Shown: positions 48,325-58,955 of the stretch, piece after piece
How the letters are laid out: every line of letters begins with the position of its first letter
Position numbering within the stretch: position 1 is the first letter of the stretch
Assembly (NCBI GenBank): GCA_965649825.1
Contig: OZ287694.1
Span: 2,011,292-2,075,291, forward strand
Direction of reading: 5' to 3'
DNA length: 64,000 bases
DNA from: Penicillus capitatus
Taxonomy: Eukaryota > Plantae > Chlorophyta
Notes under the pieces: model-generated
Databases searched by the model: none
What the model was told of the DNA's origin: nothing
What the model saw: only the letters and a program-made list of their open reading frames with translations
Made by a program: the position numbers and the translations under genes

Positions 48325-50593
48325 TGAGCGACGCGAGTCCGGAGACCACGCCGTCGGTGACACCGCAAACCGCAACCGAAGGTGAATCGAAGAAACTCAC
48401 TGGAACGACGAGAGGGTAGTGTACTGTTGCAGGAGAAGGTGGCGGGTCACCGAACGCACAGGCGAGAAGTGTTCTTCCGTTGTCGTCGCACGGGACACTG
48501 GACGTCGCGAACCAGTAAGCGCCGCCACGTTTTGACACGTGACCGACTGTTTGGTCATACGGATAGACTTATTGATGCGCACGGCACCTGTGTTGTCGAT
48601 GGCATAGACGACAACGGACAGCCTCTTTACTGGGATGCCATTCGGAAAGGCCAATACGACTGGGCGGATGTGCTGCTCGATGATGCAAGGAACAAAGGAG
48701 CCGCCGTGACGTTTCGAGGCGAGGATGCAGATCTGCTGTCGTGGGCAATCGAGAACGATGCATACGAGAGTGTCCGATACATTCTGGCAAAGCTCACGGA
48801 GAAATACGCTTCTGTCGCCGAAACGAGTGATCTCGCGGAGAAGCATCTGCACACCATTGGCAAAAGATGTCCCAAAACGCTGGCGCATCTCCTGCAGAAC
48901 GATAAGTTTACGGTCGCGTATGCCAGATTTCGAGCACCGAAGGCCGTTTTTGACACCAACAGCACGATTCCGACAACCATGATCACGGACACGATACCGG
49001 ACAGCTGGGCAGCAATGGATGGCGAACAGGGAAAGGGTTTATGGACCGAGCACTGGAGCGAAGAGGGTCACATACTGGGCGGCGCCTCCGATGCGAAGAT
49101 CACGGTGATTGCCAAGCTCTTCTGCATCAACCGTGCGCCGCCACGCGAAAACCGCGCCACTACTGAGAGGGGCCATCTCTGCGAATATCTCCACAACCTG
49201 AACCTGCCCGTCGACGTTTTTGCATCCGAGACGATGAAGATCTATATCGACCACTGGTTTCGCGTCTACTGCCCTGTCTATCGCACCTCCATCATCCTGG
49301 ATGTCGTCGCCGCCTCGGCATTCACGATCTTCTCCCTTGTGTTTGGACCTCTTAAGGAGATCGGAATAACACGTTCGGTGCTTTCGGTCCAACTGATGAC
49401 GGCTTCTGTCAATCTCAGATTTCTCGCGAGTCTCTTCTGTCCATCCTCCCAAAGGTCGGCAATCTGTGTGTTCGTTCTGCTCGTCTCTGAGAAGGCTGTG
49501 TGCAGGACCGGCATCATGTTGACGGAAGTCGTGCTCATCGTGCTATCTGTCTACACTCTCGTCGACGATCGGTGCCTTAAGTACTGCGCCCTTCTGGCGT
49601 CGCTCATCTGCATCTTCCAGTGGATATCGGTATCGACCAAGTCTCTGCAGGATGTCGATGAGTGTGTTTGTTCGTGCACTCTAGTTGCTGTGTTCCTTAC
49701 AGGCAATTGACCTAACGGGCGGCATGTCTAGCTCGGAAGCGAATCCATCCTACAGGAACTCTTGGCGTTTTCTGCAGTTAGTCGTGGCGTCGCTCATTGT
49801 TGGCTATTCATTAGCCTTTATGGTCCTCCTTGAGAACATGTTCGGCAAAGGCGAGGAGGGAAGCTTCAGCCTTCTTCTGTATGAAAACAGAACCCTCTTC
49901 TACGGCAAAGTCATGAACTACGAAGTCGTCGTACGTCATCCTCCATCTCCTCAGCCATGCCTTAGAGTCTCGGTGTGGTGTGTCCGTGCAGGTGCGCCAT
50001 CCTTTGAGCAGCTTCCTCGCAATTTGGCTCACTTTGTTTTTTGCTGCATTCATCATCTTTGCATTGATCGTACTGATCCGTCTGCGGATCGTTGTTCTGC
50101 CAGAGACGTATGACAGCGTCCGATCGAATGAGAAGATGCAGTTGAGAAAACGTCGGCTTGGGATCGTCGCCAAGTGTCAGTCCAGAAACGTCTTTCGCCT
50201 GCCCACGTCCGAAGAAAGGTAATACCACATCAGATGGGTTTGACGCTTACGCGTATGTTGGGTGACAGTATTATACGATACCTTTACTCTTTGTTCTATG
50301 GCGGCGATCGACCGCTGCAACGTAGAAGAACGACGAAAGCATCTACTGCGAAGGCAGCGCAGGGAGGTTACTTTCATTTTCTGGTTCCCGAAGTCCGTGG
50401 ACCAAAATCGCGTGATGCTGAATGGGAGGACAGACTGGCGGCGCTTGAGAGCACCATCCAGGCTGTCCGCAAGAATGAGAGAGATCTGAAAGAGCACGTC
50501 GTCGTCCTGGAAGAGAAGATGAACAAACTGACAGGGCAATGTTCGAAGCGCGACAAGGAAACAACACAAAACAATCTCCAGCAGCAAAAGTGA
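48325..50593 (+). CDS. TRP-type channel paralog, copy 2 (divergent pore, S6 and S4-S5 linker)
   Basis: Collinear with copy 1 (LLSWAIEND, YIDHWF, AFTIFSL, QWIS, TYDSVRSNEK) with the same intron positions; ends in a coiled-coil-like segment. Confidence 0.8.
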
Positions 50594-52182
50594 AGGTGTT
50601 ATGTCGAAGAACGAATAAACAGATTGGAAGCCGCCGCCATGGATCGAATCCTTCAATACTTGATGTGACGTGTCGATGTGACACATGTAGACGCATGCTG
50701 TTCAGCGTGAGGTCCCTCGGACGACTTTCATTTTTCGTTGGATGGAGCAAAGGTCGACTGCCGTTTGCTCTGGGCATTTTCTGACTGTGTTTTGTCAGCG
50801 CACCATCAACTGTATTAGGGTTTTCGATGTGCATGTGACGATGACGTGTTGTCGATGATCTGATCGAAGTCAGAGAGATATCTTTTTAAGCGTTTCTGTG
50901 TTTACAACAAGTCCGCTGTTATTCGCTGAGAACGGGACAGATCTGTCGGCGTTGGAACATTTAAGATTCGTACTTTGGATCGCACCTCTCCTCGACTTCA
51001 TCCCCAAAGCTTGCTTCTTGGGTCTCTTGATCCCAGACTTTGATAAAGCTCATGCTGCGCTGTGTGTCCCTCTACTGAAGGGAGGAAAGCAAACTGACAG
51101 CTGCGTTTTAAGAACAATGGAGGGGCTATTGATGCTATACGTGCCCTCTGTGATACCAAACGGAGTTCGTGTTGCTCAGTGTGTACTCTTCATGCACGCC
51201 TCGCGGTTCGTCGACCTTTAGCACTTGGCCTTCAGCAGAGCTGTCTCGTAAGGCGGAGAGAGACGCGACAGTCGCTTACGTCACGACGGCCATTTGGCGG
51301 AAACACCTGATAGGCTATTTGAAGCAGACGGCGACGGTGGGCTTTTTCACAGAAGCTGTTCTCGCCATCACTATGGGGTCCGAGTAAAAGGAACGCGTCG
51401 TGCATGAAACGTCGGAGGCGACCATGCAATGGCGGCGGAGATCGCGGAGTTCTCGGCTGGCCGAGGTTACCGTCATCATTTCGTCTTTGTCCGTCAAACC
51501 GATGACGACCACGGTGTCGACTGCGACACCTCCCTGCAGAAACTGTCAGAAAAGCGAGCAAGCGTCAAGATCTCTCACTCTTCTCACACTTTCTGGACGG
51601 CGCGGATCTAAGAGAGCTGATACACCGACTTCATCATAAAGAAAGCACGCGCCGCCATTTCCATTCTCTCCTCAAGACTGCAGTGAAGGCGTTTCGAACG
51701 CATCTGAAGTGTGTGAGAGGCGCACTGTTTCCCGAAACTCCAGAGTCCTGTACACGGCCGGACTGACGTACAATTGCGTTTCCTGGAATCCCGGGCAGAT
51801 TGAATGAGGTCATCTTGGTGTGGCCCCAGACGGAGACCGTCGAATACGGCAAAGGTAGAAGCTCTTCATCTTCTGCTTCTCCAAATGCCTGTGCGAAGCA
51901 CCCGGAGTGAACAGAACGATGCAGGACGCTGCCAATCGAGAAGAACATTGGTCATCTGCAGAACAGAATCCGTTACACCGAACCCGCCGATGCTCGATAC
52001 AATCGACACTGTCGCGTGATTTTTCATTAACGTCATCGAAGCTTAACTGCGTTACAAAACCTCCGATTCGTCATTTCCACTGTGAAGTCTACCGTGAAGG
52101 TGTTGCAACGCTGAAAACGGTATGTCTGTTCTGTGCGCGCAGTCCGTGACGCTACGGTTCTCTTTGCGCAGGTTGTCCGACT

Positions 52183-55100
52183 ATGAAGTCGCAAGCGTCT
52201 GTCAAGAAACCGAAGGCTGAAGGAAAGTCCGCATCGGCTGACGGCGGTCGACCGTGCAAGACGGATCCAGGCGTCGAAGAACTGAACGACCCGAAGCTCC
52301 TGCGTGGCGTCGCCAAAAAACACGCCATAGAAAACACGAAGTCGCTCGTGGCGACGTACAACGCCACGACGGACATCGACGAGCGTGGCGTTCTCCTCCA
52401 CTGGCTGCTTCAATACGACAGGCGAAGAGACGACTGCCTCGAGCCGAAACGCATCTTAGAGTACGCAGAACTGGCCAAGATTGCGCCTCGCTGCACGCAG
52501 GACAAGGAAGTTCTGAAGAATCTGGTCAGCGCTCTCGGTTCCTGCCTTCGTCAGCGAAAGCTACCTCCAAAGAATCTCGCCGTGGCCCTCTGCAGAGCAC
52601 TTGAGCATGTCGACGCTTTCGCGTACAGCGACGTGGCGGATCTCATGGTCATCGCGAAGAAGCTGCTGGCTAGCCTCTCTCCAGAACCAAAGATATCTAG
52701 AGAGAACTTCGCGGATCACAGAGATACATTTCTGGCACTTCAACAGATACTCTTCTTGCTTGACAGATCCAGTCACAACAACATCGGGGAAGAAGAGAGG
52801 CAGGAGCTGCGTCGAGCCATAGTCAAGAAGCAGAAGGTGATGGGGGTCTCGTGCCACTACTACCCAGTGGGATTCTATTTCAAGACGTTTCGTCAAGCGA
52901 TGGAACGCCTCGATTCCAGAGACAACTCTTCGACTCTCGCACAAACTCTGCCGTGTGTCTCTTTCGGACTGTGCGCAATCTTGCATTTCTTTGTCCGTTG
53001 CATCAGAGATCTGGCGAGCTTTGAGGTCGATCAGGTGGCCATCGTGGACTCAAATAGAAAACTGAGTGGGATGGCAGGCGGCGCTGTCACGTCGAAGAGA
53101 CCGTGGTTTAACCTGTTTCGTGATCTGGCGGCGGCAAGGATTGACGCATCGAAGGACGTCGTGAGTCTCGAGGTTTTTGATACCCGGTACATTGCCGCGT
53201 TGGGATTCCAACGAACGATGCGAAAAGGCGAGGACTTAAAGGCGCTCAGATTTGGCATCATTCAAGAGTTAGGCGCGCTCGCCACGGAAGGATCGATAGA
53301 AAAAACTCGCGAAGAAGCCACAAAGAAGCTGCTGGATCTGGCAACTCAAGAAGCTGTCGACGAAGGATGGATTGGCGAAGCAGATATCCTACTCGCGCTC
53401 CTAAATGTCACGTACGAGATCTACAAAACAAACCAAAATGACGAAAGGACGAAGGACGCACTCCAACTCCTGCACCAGCCTTGTAGAGGCTCTGCCAAGA
53501 AAGCACTGTCGCAATGGTTGGGTGGAAGAAGCCTCGAAGACAAGCTTCGAGTTCGAAACCCGCAAAGGCCAGTGGCGGAACCCAGTGAGCTGTTTGTCGA
53601 GATCGGCAGAGAGGTAGGGTACGTTCCACGTGCCGTCGTGGATTCAAATAGAGAACAGTTAAGGAAAAGATACATGCACGATGACTTCGCAACGGTAATA
53701 CCACGAAACGCACGTTTGGACAAGCGTCATGTTTTGCAGGTTGCCTCTCTGTTCGGAGAAGGATCCCGTAAGCATGTCAAAGACATGAAGCATTACGTTA
53801 TCATATCCGAGGAAGTTCCCGAGGAGTGTACAGACGCAGTTACGCGTGGAATCGAAGAAAGAAACGCAAGATCGTCGAACCGCGGAAGAGATCAGGCAAA
53901 AGAAAACGACGAACAGAAGCGAAGAGTCGCAAAGCCCATTGTTCCAGAAGACTTGTTCAAGCGAAGGTCCTTGAAATACAGAGCCCCGGAGAGCGAAATT
54001 CGGCGAGTGCTCCTCTATGGAAACCATGGAACCGGAAAGACGTGCATCACCAAACTCATCGCACACAGATGGGCTCTCGGAGAAATGGCTAACGAGTTTG
54101 ATGTCGTTTACGTTGTTCCGGTGCGCGCCCTGAACAGTACCGAACACAAAGGGCAGCAATGGGAGAGGCTCGAAGTTGCGATTTCACAGATATGCTTCCC
54201 GAAGAGAAACGACACTTTCGATTTTGAAGACCTCGTTGCCCAGATACAAGACGAGCTCGACAGTCCTTCGACGCTGCTCATGGTTGACGGATTGGACGAG
54301 GCGAACGATGACTCGAGGGAGCTCGTGTCTAACATCTGGGGGCGCTCGTGCAAAGTTCTGCTGCTGTCTCGGCCATACAACATGGAAAACGTCGATACGC
54401 GTGTCGACCTTCACGTGGAATGCCTCGGATTCAATGACCGGCACTTACAAGACTACATAGAGAGCGAATTGTCTGAGGATGACGCTCCGAGACTTATCCG
54501 CCTGCTCGAACATTCTGATGTCGTGTGGGAGATGGCGCACACTCCGGTGGCGGCATGCATTCTTTGTTCGTTATGGAAGGAACGCGGCGGCGCAGTTGAA
54601 GACGAAGGAAGAAGAACGAGCACCTTTCATGCATATAGCGATATGGCGAACCATGTCTGGAAGAAATTCGAAGAGAGGCAAAGGGAAAGAACCGTGAAGA
54701 AGTCAGAACTTTTCGGATACTTGGAGAAAATCGCCTTCGAAGCTCTCCAGAGCGGAGCGATTCTCGTCCACGAGAGATCAGTTATGAAGCACGCGACTTC
54801 TGTGAGAGTTGCACAAACCTTCAAAGAAAGAGGTCTCCTCTTGCTCACGTTAAACGGCCAGGAATACCAATTCCCTCACCTGACGTTCCAAGAGTATTTC
54901 GCCGGAAGATACGTTGCGCGAAGCTTGAAGCAAAAAGGATCGGATGAGGAGAGAAGGGCGCTCGACTTCATTCGTGAAGGGAAGTATAACGAAAAGCACG
55001 CCTTGACATTGTCCTTCGCGATGCACGCATTTGCGGAAGGCCGGAGCAAAGATGCCTTGAAAGAGATGCTCGCGATTGTCGACCAACATCCTGTCGAGGT

Positions 55101-57909
55101 TCTGGGGGTCCGACACTTCCTCCTGAGACTGCAAGTCCTCGAAGCCGCAATGGAAAAGGCGGACGCAGCCGATCTGGAGATTCTCACGAAAGACGAACAA
55201 GCAATTGAGCTCACAGAAGGAGCACGTCGACTTCTGGAAGGAACGTTTGACAACGTTCTCATCCGCGAAATAGTCGTCGAGAAGTTTGACCAATGCTCTT
55301 GCGTTTTGGACAAGTTTCCCAAGATACTCAGTAACACCATCAGTGAGACGAAGACACTGTTGGCGCGTCATCTAGATTTAAGCTGCAAAGAAAAAGCCAA
55401 GATCAGTGCTGCGCTGAAGCTTGCAAAACATTCTTGGAAGCACGTTGATGACATCAGATCGTTTTTGCAAGGAACCGGAGTCGAAGATTGGCGCCGTAAA
55501 CGCGACGGGGTGGCTATGATACTGGATATTGCAAAAGAAATACCACAACTCAGGGCCGACCTGCTGCCAGTGCTCCAGCAAGGACGTATTGATGACGATT
55601 TCTGCGAGTATCAAAGAACAGTGGATACCATCAAGAGCCTCATTCAAGAAGCACCGCATCTTGCGTGCGACTTGATGTCGGCGCTCTACAAAACAGACGT
55701 AGACGAAGGTTCCGACTTAAGCTGGAAAGCGGTGACAGCCATTGTCGCCATCGCCAAAGCGCTGCCGCACCTCGTGTGCGACCTTGTTCCGTTGATTTAC
55801 AAGGGAAACAAGGACAAAGCTTACAGCATCTACTGTCATGTGATAGTAGCGATCATAGACGTTATCGAGGCGGCGCCTCACCTCGCAGGCGACGTGATGT
55901 CGGTGCTTCTAAAAGGATGCAGCGACTCAGCCTCAACCCTGTGCACGGATGCAATTGCGGTTTTCGACAGCATCGTTGCGGCGGCACCGCACCTCGCGGC
56001 CGACATGCTGCAGATAGTACAGAAAAGATACGAAGAAAACAAAGACTCCATCATGCACCCGACTGCAATCAATGTTATCGAAAGAATCGCTGAGACGGCG
56101 CCACACTTCGCGGGAGACCTGCTGCCGATCATACAAAAGTGGTGCGAAGACGAATACTACATGGAGCGGGCGAGTGCGATGGATGCCATCGGCAACATCG
56201 CCAAAGTGGCGCCGCACCTCGCCGGCGATATGGCGCTGGCTATTCAGAGAGTGCGCAACGAAGAAAAACCCTACGTGTGCAAAAGAGCAGTGGAGGCTAT
56301 CTGCAGCATCGTGGAGGCGGCGCCACATGTCGTCGACGACCTGCTGCCATTGATTCAGAAATGGTGCGGAGACGAAAACGCCGATGTGCGCTGCAGTGCG
56401 ACGAAGGCCATCGGCAGCATCGCTGAGGCAGCGCCGCACCTCGTTGGTGATATACTGCTACCAATGCTTCGGAATGGGTTCAGCGATGAGGACTCCAAAG
56501 TACGCTCGAAATCGATGGAGGCCATCGGCGGTATCGTTAAGGCGACGCCGCACCTTCTGGCCGACCTGCTGCCGTTGCTTCAGAAAGGATGTACCGACGA
56601 AGGATTCTTCGCGCGTGTGAGTGCGATGCAGGCCATCAGCGACATTGCGAATGAGGTCCCGCACTTTTTGGTAGATTTGTTGCCGTTGCTTCAGAAAGGT
56701 TGCAGCGACAAAGACTCCGATGTGCGTATCAGTGCGATGGTGGCCATCGGCAGCATCCATGAGGCAGCGCCGCACCATATGGCCGATTTGCGGCCGTTGC
56801 TTCAAGAAGGGTGCGAAGACAAAGAATTTGACGTGCGTATAAGTGCGGTACAGGCCATTGGCGACATCGTCGTGGCGGCGCCACACCTTTTGGGCGACTT
56901 ACTGCCATTGCTTCAGAAGAGGTTCAGCGACGAAGATCCCGACGTGCGCAGTAGTACGATGACGGTCATCGGCGACATTGAGGCGGCGCATCTTTCCGGC
57001 GACCTGGTGCCTTTGCTTCATGAAGGGTGCAATGACGAAGTTACCGATGTGCGCAACTGTGCGATGATGGCCATCCGCAGTATTCTTCAAGCTGCGCCAC
57101 ACCTCGTTGGCTCTGGCGATTTACTTCTGCCGTTGCTCCAGAACGATTCCAGGACCGAAGACCATGGCAAGCGCACGGGTGTGATGCAGGCTGTCGGCAT
57201 GATTGTCGAGGTGGCGCCTCATCTTTTGGGCGACCTGCTGCCGTTGCTCCAGGAAGGTTTCAGTGACGAAGTCTCCGACGTACGCTCAAGAGCAGTGGAG
57301 GCCATCGGCAATATCGCGAAGGTGGCGCCACATATCGTCGACGACCTACTGCCGTTGCTTCAGAAAGGATGTAGCGACGAAGACTCCGCTGTGCGCAGCA
57401 GTGCGATGAAGGCCATCGGCAGCATCGCGAAAGCAGCATCGCACCGCACAGGCGACCTACTGCCGTTGCTTCAGAAAGGATGTGACGACGAAGACTCCGC
57501 TGTACGCAGCAGTGCGATGAAAGCCATCAGCAGTATCGCTGTGGCGGCGGCGCACTTTGCCGGCGATCTACTGCCGTTGCTTCAGAAAGGATGTGACGAC
57601 GAAGCCGCTGACGTACATGAAGCTGTCAAGCGGACACTGAACGGTATCCGAGTTGATGAGACTATGCTTTCGACGATTCTTATCTCTCCTGGGTACAAAG
57701 GGGGATTCTCATTGCTGTTTGTGAACAATGTATTTACACTCGACTGTCTTTCCGAGTCCGGAGAAGCTTCTCTTATCTTACATACAACTTTTCCCGAGAA
57801 AATCGGACAGTGGAATAAGGAAGATCTTGATACGCTTGTCAGGCACTTGAAACGAGAGTTTGATGAGAAGTTTCCGGGAGTGTCTAGGTATCTGAGAACG
57901 GAAGATTAG
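52183..57909 (+). CDS. NLR-like STAND protein: module A, NACHT NTPase, about 18 HEAT repeats
   Basis: Walker A LLYGNHGTGKT, Walker B LLMVDGLDE, VLLLSRP sensor, winged-helix FPHLTFQEYFAG, and 37-aa HEAT repeats. A probable in-frame 45-nt intron lies at 53695-53739 (ACG|GTAATA...TTGCAG|GTT). Confidence 0.93.
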   Translation: MKSQASVKKPKAEGKSASADGGRPCKTDPGVEELNDPKLLRGVAKKHAIENTKSLVATYNATTDIDERGVLLHWLLQYDRRRDDCLEPKRILEYAELAKIAPRCTQDKEVLKNLVSALGSCLRQRKLPPKNLAVALCRALEHVDAFAYSDVADLMVIAKKLLASLSPEPKISRENFADHRDTFLALQQILFLLDRSSHNNIGEEERQELRRAIVKKQKVMGVSCHYYPVGFYFKTFRQAMERLDSRDNSSTLAQTLPCVSFGLCAILHFFVRCIRDLASFEVDQVAIVDSNRKLSGMAGGAVTSKRPWFNLFRDLAAARIDASKDVVSLEVFDTRYIAALGFQRTMRKGEDLKALRFGIIQELGALATEGSIEKTREEATKKLLDLATQEAVDEGWIGEADILLALLNVTYEIYKTNQNDERTKDALQLLHQPCRGSAKKALSQWLGGRSLEDKLRVRNPQRPVAEPSELFVEIGREVGYVPRAVVDSNREQLRKRYMHDDFATVIPRNARLDKRHVLQVASLFGEGSRKHVKDMKHYVIISEEVPEECTDAVTRGIEERNARSSNRGRDQAKENDEQKRRVAKPIVPEDLFKRRSLKYRAPESEIRRVLLYGNHGTGKTCITKLIAHRWALGEMANEFDVVYVVPVRALNSTEHKGQQWERLEVAISQICFPKRNDTFDFEDLVAQIQDELDSPSTLLMVDGLDEANDDSRELVSNIWGRSCKVLLLSRPYNMENVDTRVDLHVECLGFNDRHLQDYIESELSEDDAPRLIRLLEHSDVVWEMAHTPVAACILCSLWKERGGAVEDEGRRTSTFHAYSDMANHVWKKFEERQRERTVKKSELFGYLEKIAFEALQSGAILVHERSVMKHATSVRVAQTFKERGLLLLTLNGQEYQFPHLTFQEYFAGRYVARSLKQKGSDEERRALDFIREGKYNEKHALTLSFAMHAFAEGRSKDALKEMLAIVDQHPVEVLGVRHFLLRLQVLEAAMEKADAADLEILTKDEQAIELTEGARRLLEGTFDNVLIREIVVEKFDQCSCVLDKFPKILSNTISETKTLLARHLDLSCKEKAKISAALKLAKHSWKHVDDIRSFLQGTGVEDWRRKRDGVAMILDIAKEIPQLRADLLPVLQQGRIDDDFCEYQRTVDTIKSLIQEAPHLACDLMSALYKTDVDEGSDLSWKAVTAIVAIAKALPHLVCDLVPLIYKGNKDKAYSIYCHVIVAIIDVIEAAPHLAGDVMSVLLKGCSDSASTLCTDAIAVFDSIVAAAPHLAADMLQIVQKRYEENKDSIMHPTAINVIERIAETAPHFAGDLLPIIQKWCEDEYYMERASAMDAIGNIAKVAPHLAGDMALAIQRVRNEEKPYVCKRAVEAICSIVEAAPHVVDDLLPLIQKWCGDENADVRCSATKAIGSIAEAAPHLVGDILLPMLRNGFSDEDSKVRSKSMEAIGGIVKATPHLLADLLPLLQKGCTDEGFFARVSAMQAISDIANEVPHFLVDLLPLLQKGCSDKDSDVRISAMVAIGSIHEAAPHHMADLRPLLQEGCEDKEFDVRISAVQAIGDIVVAAPHLLGDLLPLLQKRFSDEDPDVRSSTMTVIGDIEAAHLSGDLVPLLHEGCNDEVTDVRNCAMMAIRSILQAAPHLVGSGDLLLPLLQNDSRTEDHGKRTGVMQAVGMIVEVAPHLLGDLLPLLQEGFSDEVSDVRSRAVEAIGNIAKVAPHIVDDLLPLLQKGCSDEDSAVRSSAMKAIGSIAKAASHRTGDLLPLLQKGCDDEDSAVRSSAMKAISSIAVAAAHFAGDLLPLLQKGCDDEAADVHEAVKRTLNGIRVDETMLSTILISPGYKGGFSLLFVNNVFTLDCLSESGEASLILHTTFPEKIGQWNKEDLDTLVRHLKREFDEKFPGVSRYLRTED
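55561..57640 (+). repeat. Coding tandem array of 111-nt (37-aa) HEAT repeats
   Basis: Consensus LLPLLQKGCSDEDSxVRxxAMxAIGxIAxAAPHLxGD; adjacent units start at 57346 and 57457 (111 nt apart). Confidence 0.92.
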
Positions 57910-58891
57910 CGTAAAGGAATGCATTCTGGATGAAGACGTGCAGCATCCCGAGGAGTCTGTTCGAAATTTCGTTTGTCGCTTCTGATGTCATACACAAAAC
58001 TTTGCTTCACTGGCGCGGTGAATTTTCTTTTCGACTTGCCTTATGAAGTGACTGAGCATCCCGCTTCAGTCATCTTGCGTTTGATGGACTCAGGTTTCTA
58101 GCGGATCGCGTGTTTGGTGTGTTATATCATGGGTTTAGCAAGTGTTCGTTGCGCATGGACGTTTGTTACTCCTTGCCTGCCAGTCAATGGACATTAATGC
58201 TCGGAGTAACGGAGTGAAACATCTCGTGTCTGCATAAGGCATCTCATTTAAGATGGATTGTGGGTTAAGATTCTTCGCGCGCGTTTCGCAAGAGTCGTTC
58301 GTTCATGTCGAACAGTGTTCTTGTGTGTAAGCAAGTTTCCTCGGAATCGACCGTGTGATTTCAGGGAATCCATACTTTCACTCAGCTTTTTTGAACCGGG
58401 AAAAGTATTGTTTCTTTATCTCTGGTATTGGCGGCTCTCTGCAGTTTCGAGGATACCTCTGGATCTCTTTGCGCACGAAAACGACAGTTCTACAAAGCGT
58501 CATCATCGTCTGCCGTTTATCAAAATCATGACAGATACGGCGAGACGTGCCGGCTGCCTTTTCTATACTCGGCAACACGAAACGATTCTTCGGACCCTGA
58601 AAGAGCACTAAGTTCTACATCTGCTTACCTTGATCGTGCGCAGCAAGGCGTTACGTGCACTGCAATGCGCGCTCAAGTCGAGTGCTACCTCTCATGAAGT
58701 GACAAGTCTTATCTCTTTTGCCTTTCTCGATTCCATCTCGCGATGCCTTCGACATAAGCAATGGTGCGTTTAATGGCTATGATACATTATTGGGACCAAA
58801 TACTTGACCGTTGTTGTGAAATCGGATGAATTTCTAGATGAACTTACATGAAAATGCGTATAAAGTTCTTACGATGTAATGGGAACGCCGG

Positions 58892-58955
58892 TGAACACAC
58901 AAGGGAAGGTCTCAATGCACCTATGAACACACAAGTGAAGCTCTTAATGCATCCA
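58892..58955 (+). repeat. 32-bp imperfect tandem duplication in AT-rich intergenic DNA
   Basis: TGAACACACAAGGGAAGGTCTCAATGCACCTA / TGAACACACAAGTGAAGCTCTTAATGCATCCA. Confidence 0.7.

Noticed and set aside
55561-57640. Regular DNA repeats that could be mistaken for a CRISPR-like array
   Set aside because: Units are 111-nt in-frame coding HEAT repeats with no unique spacers.
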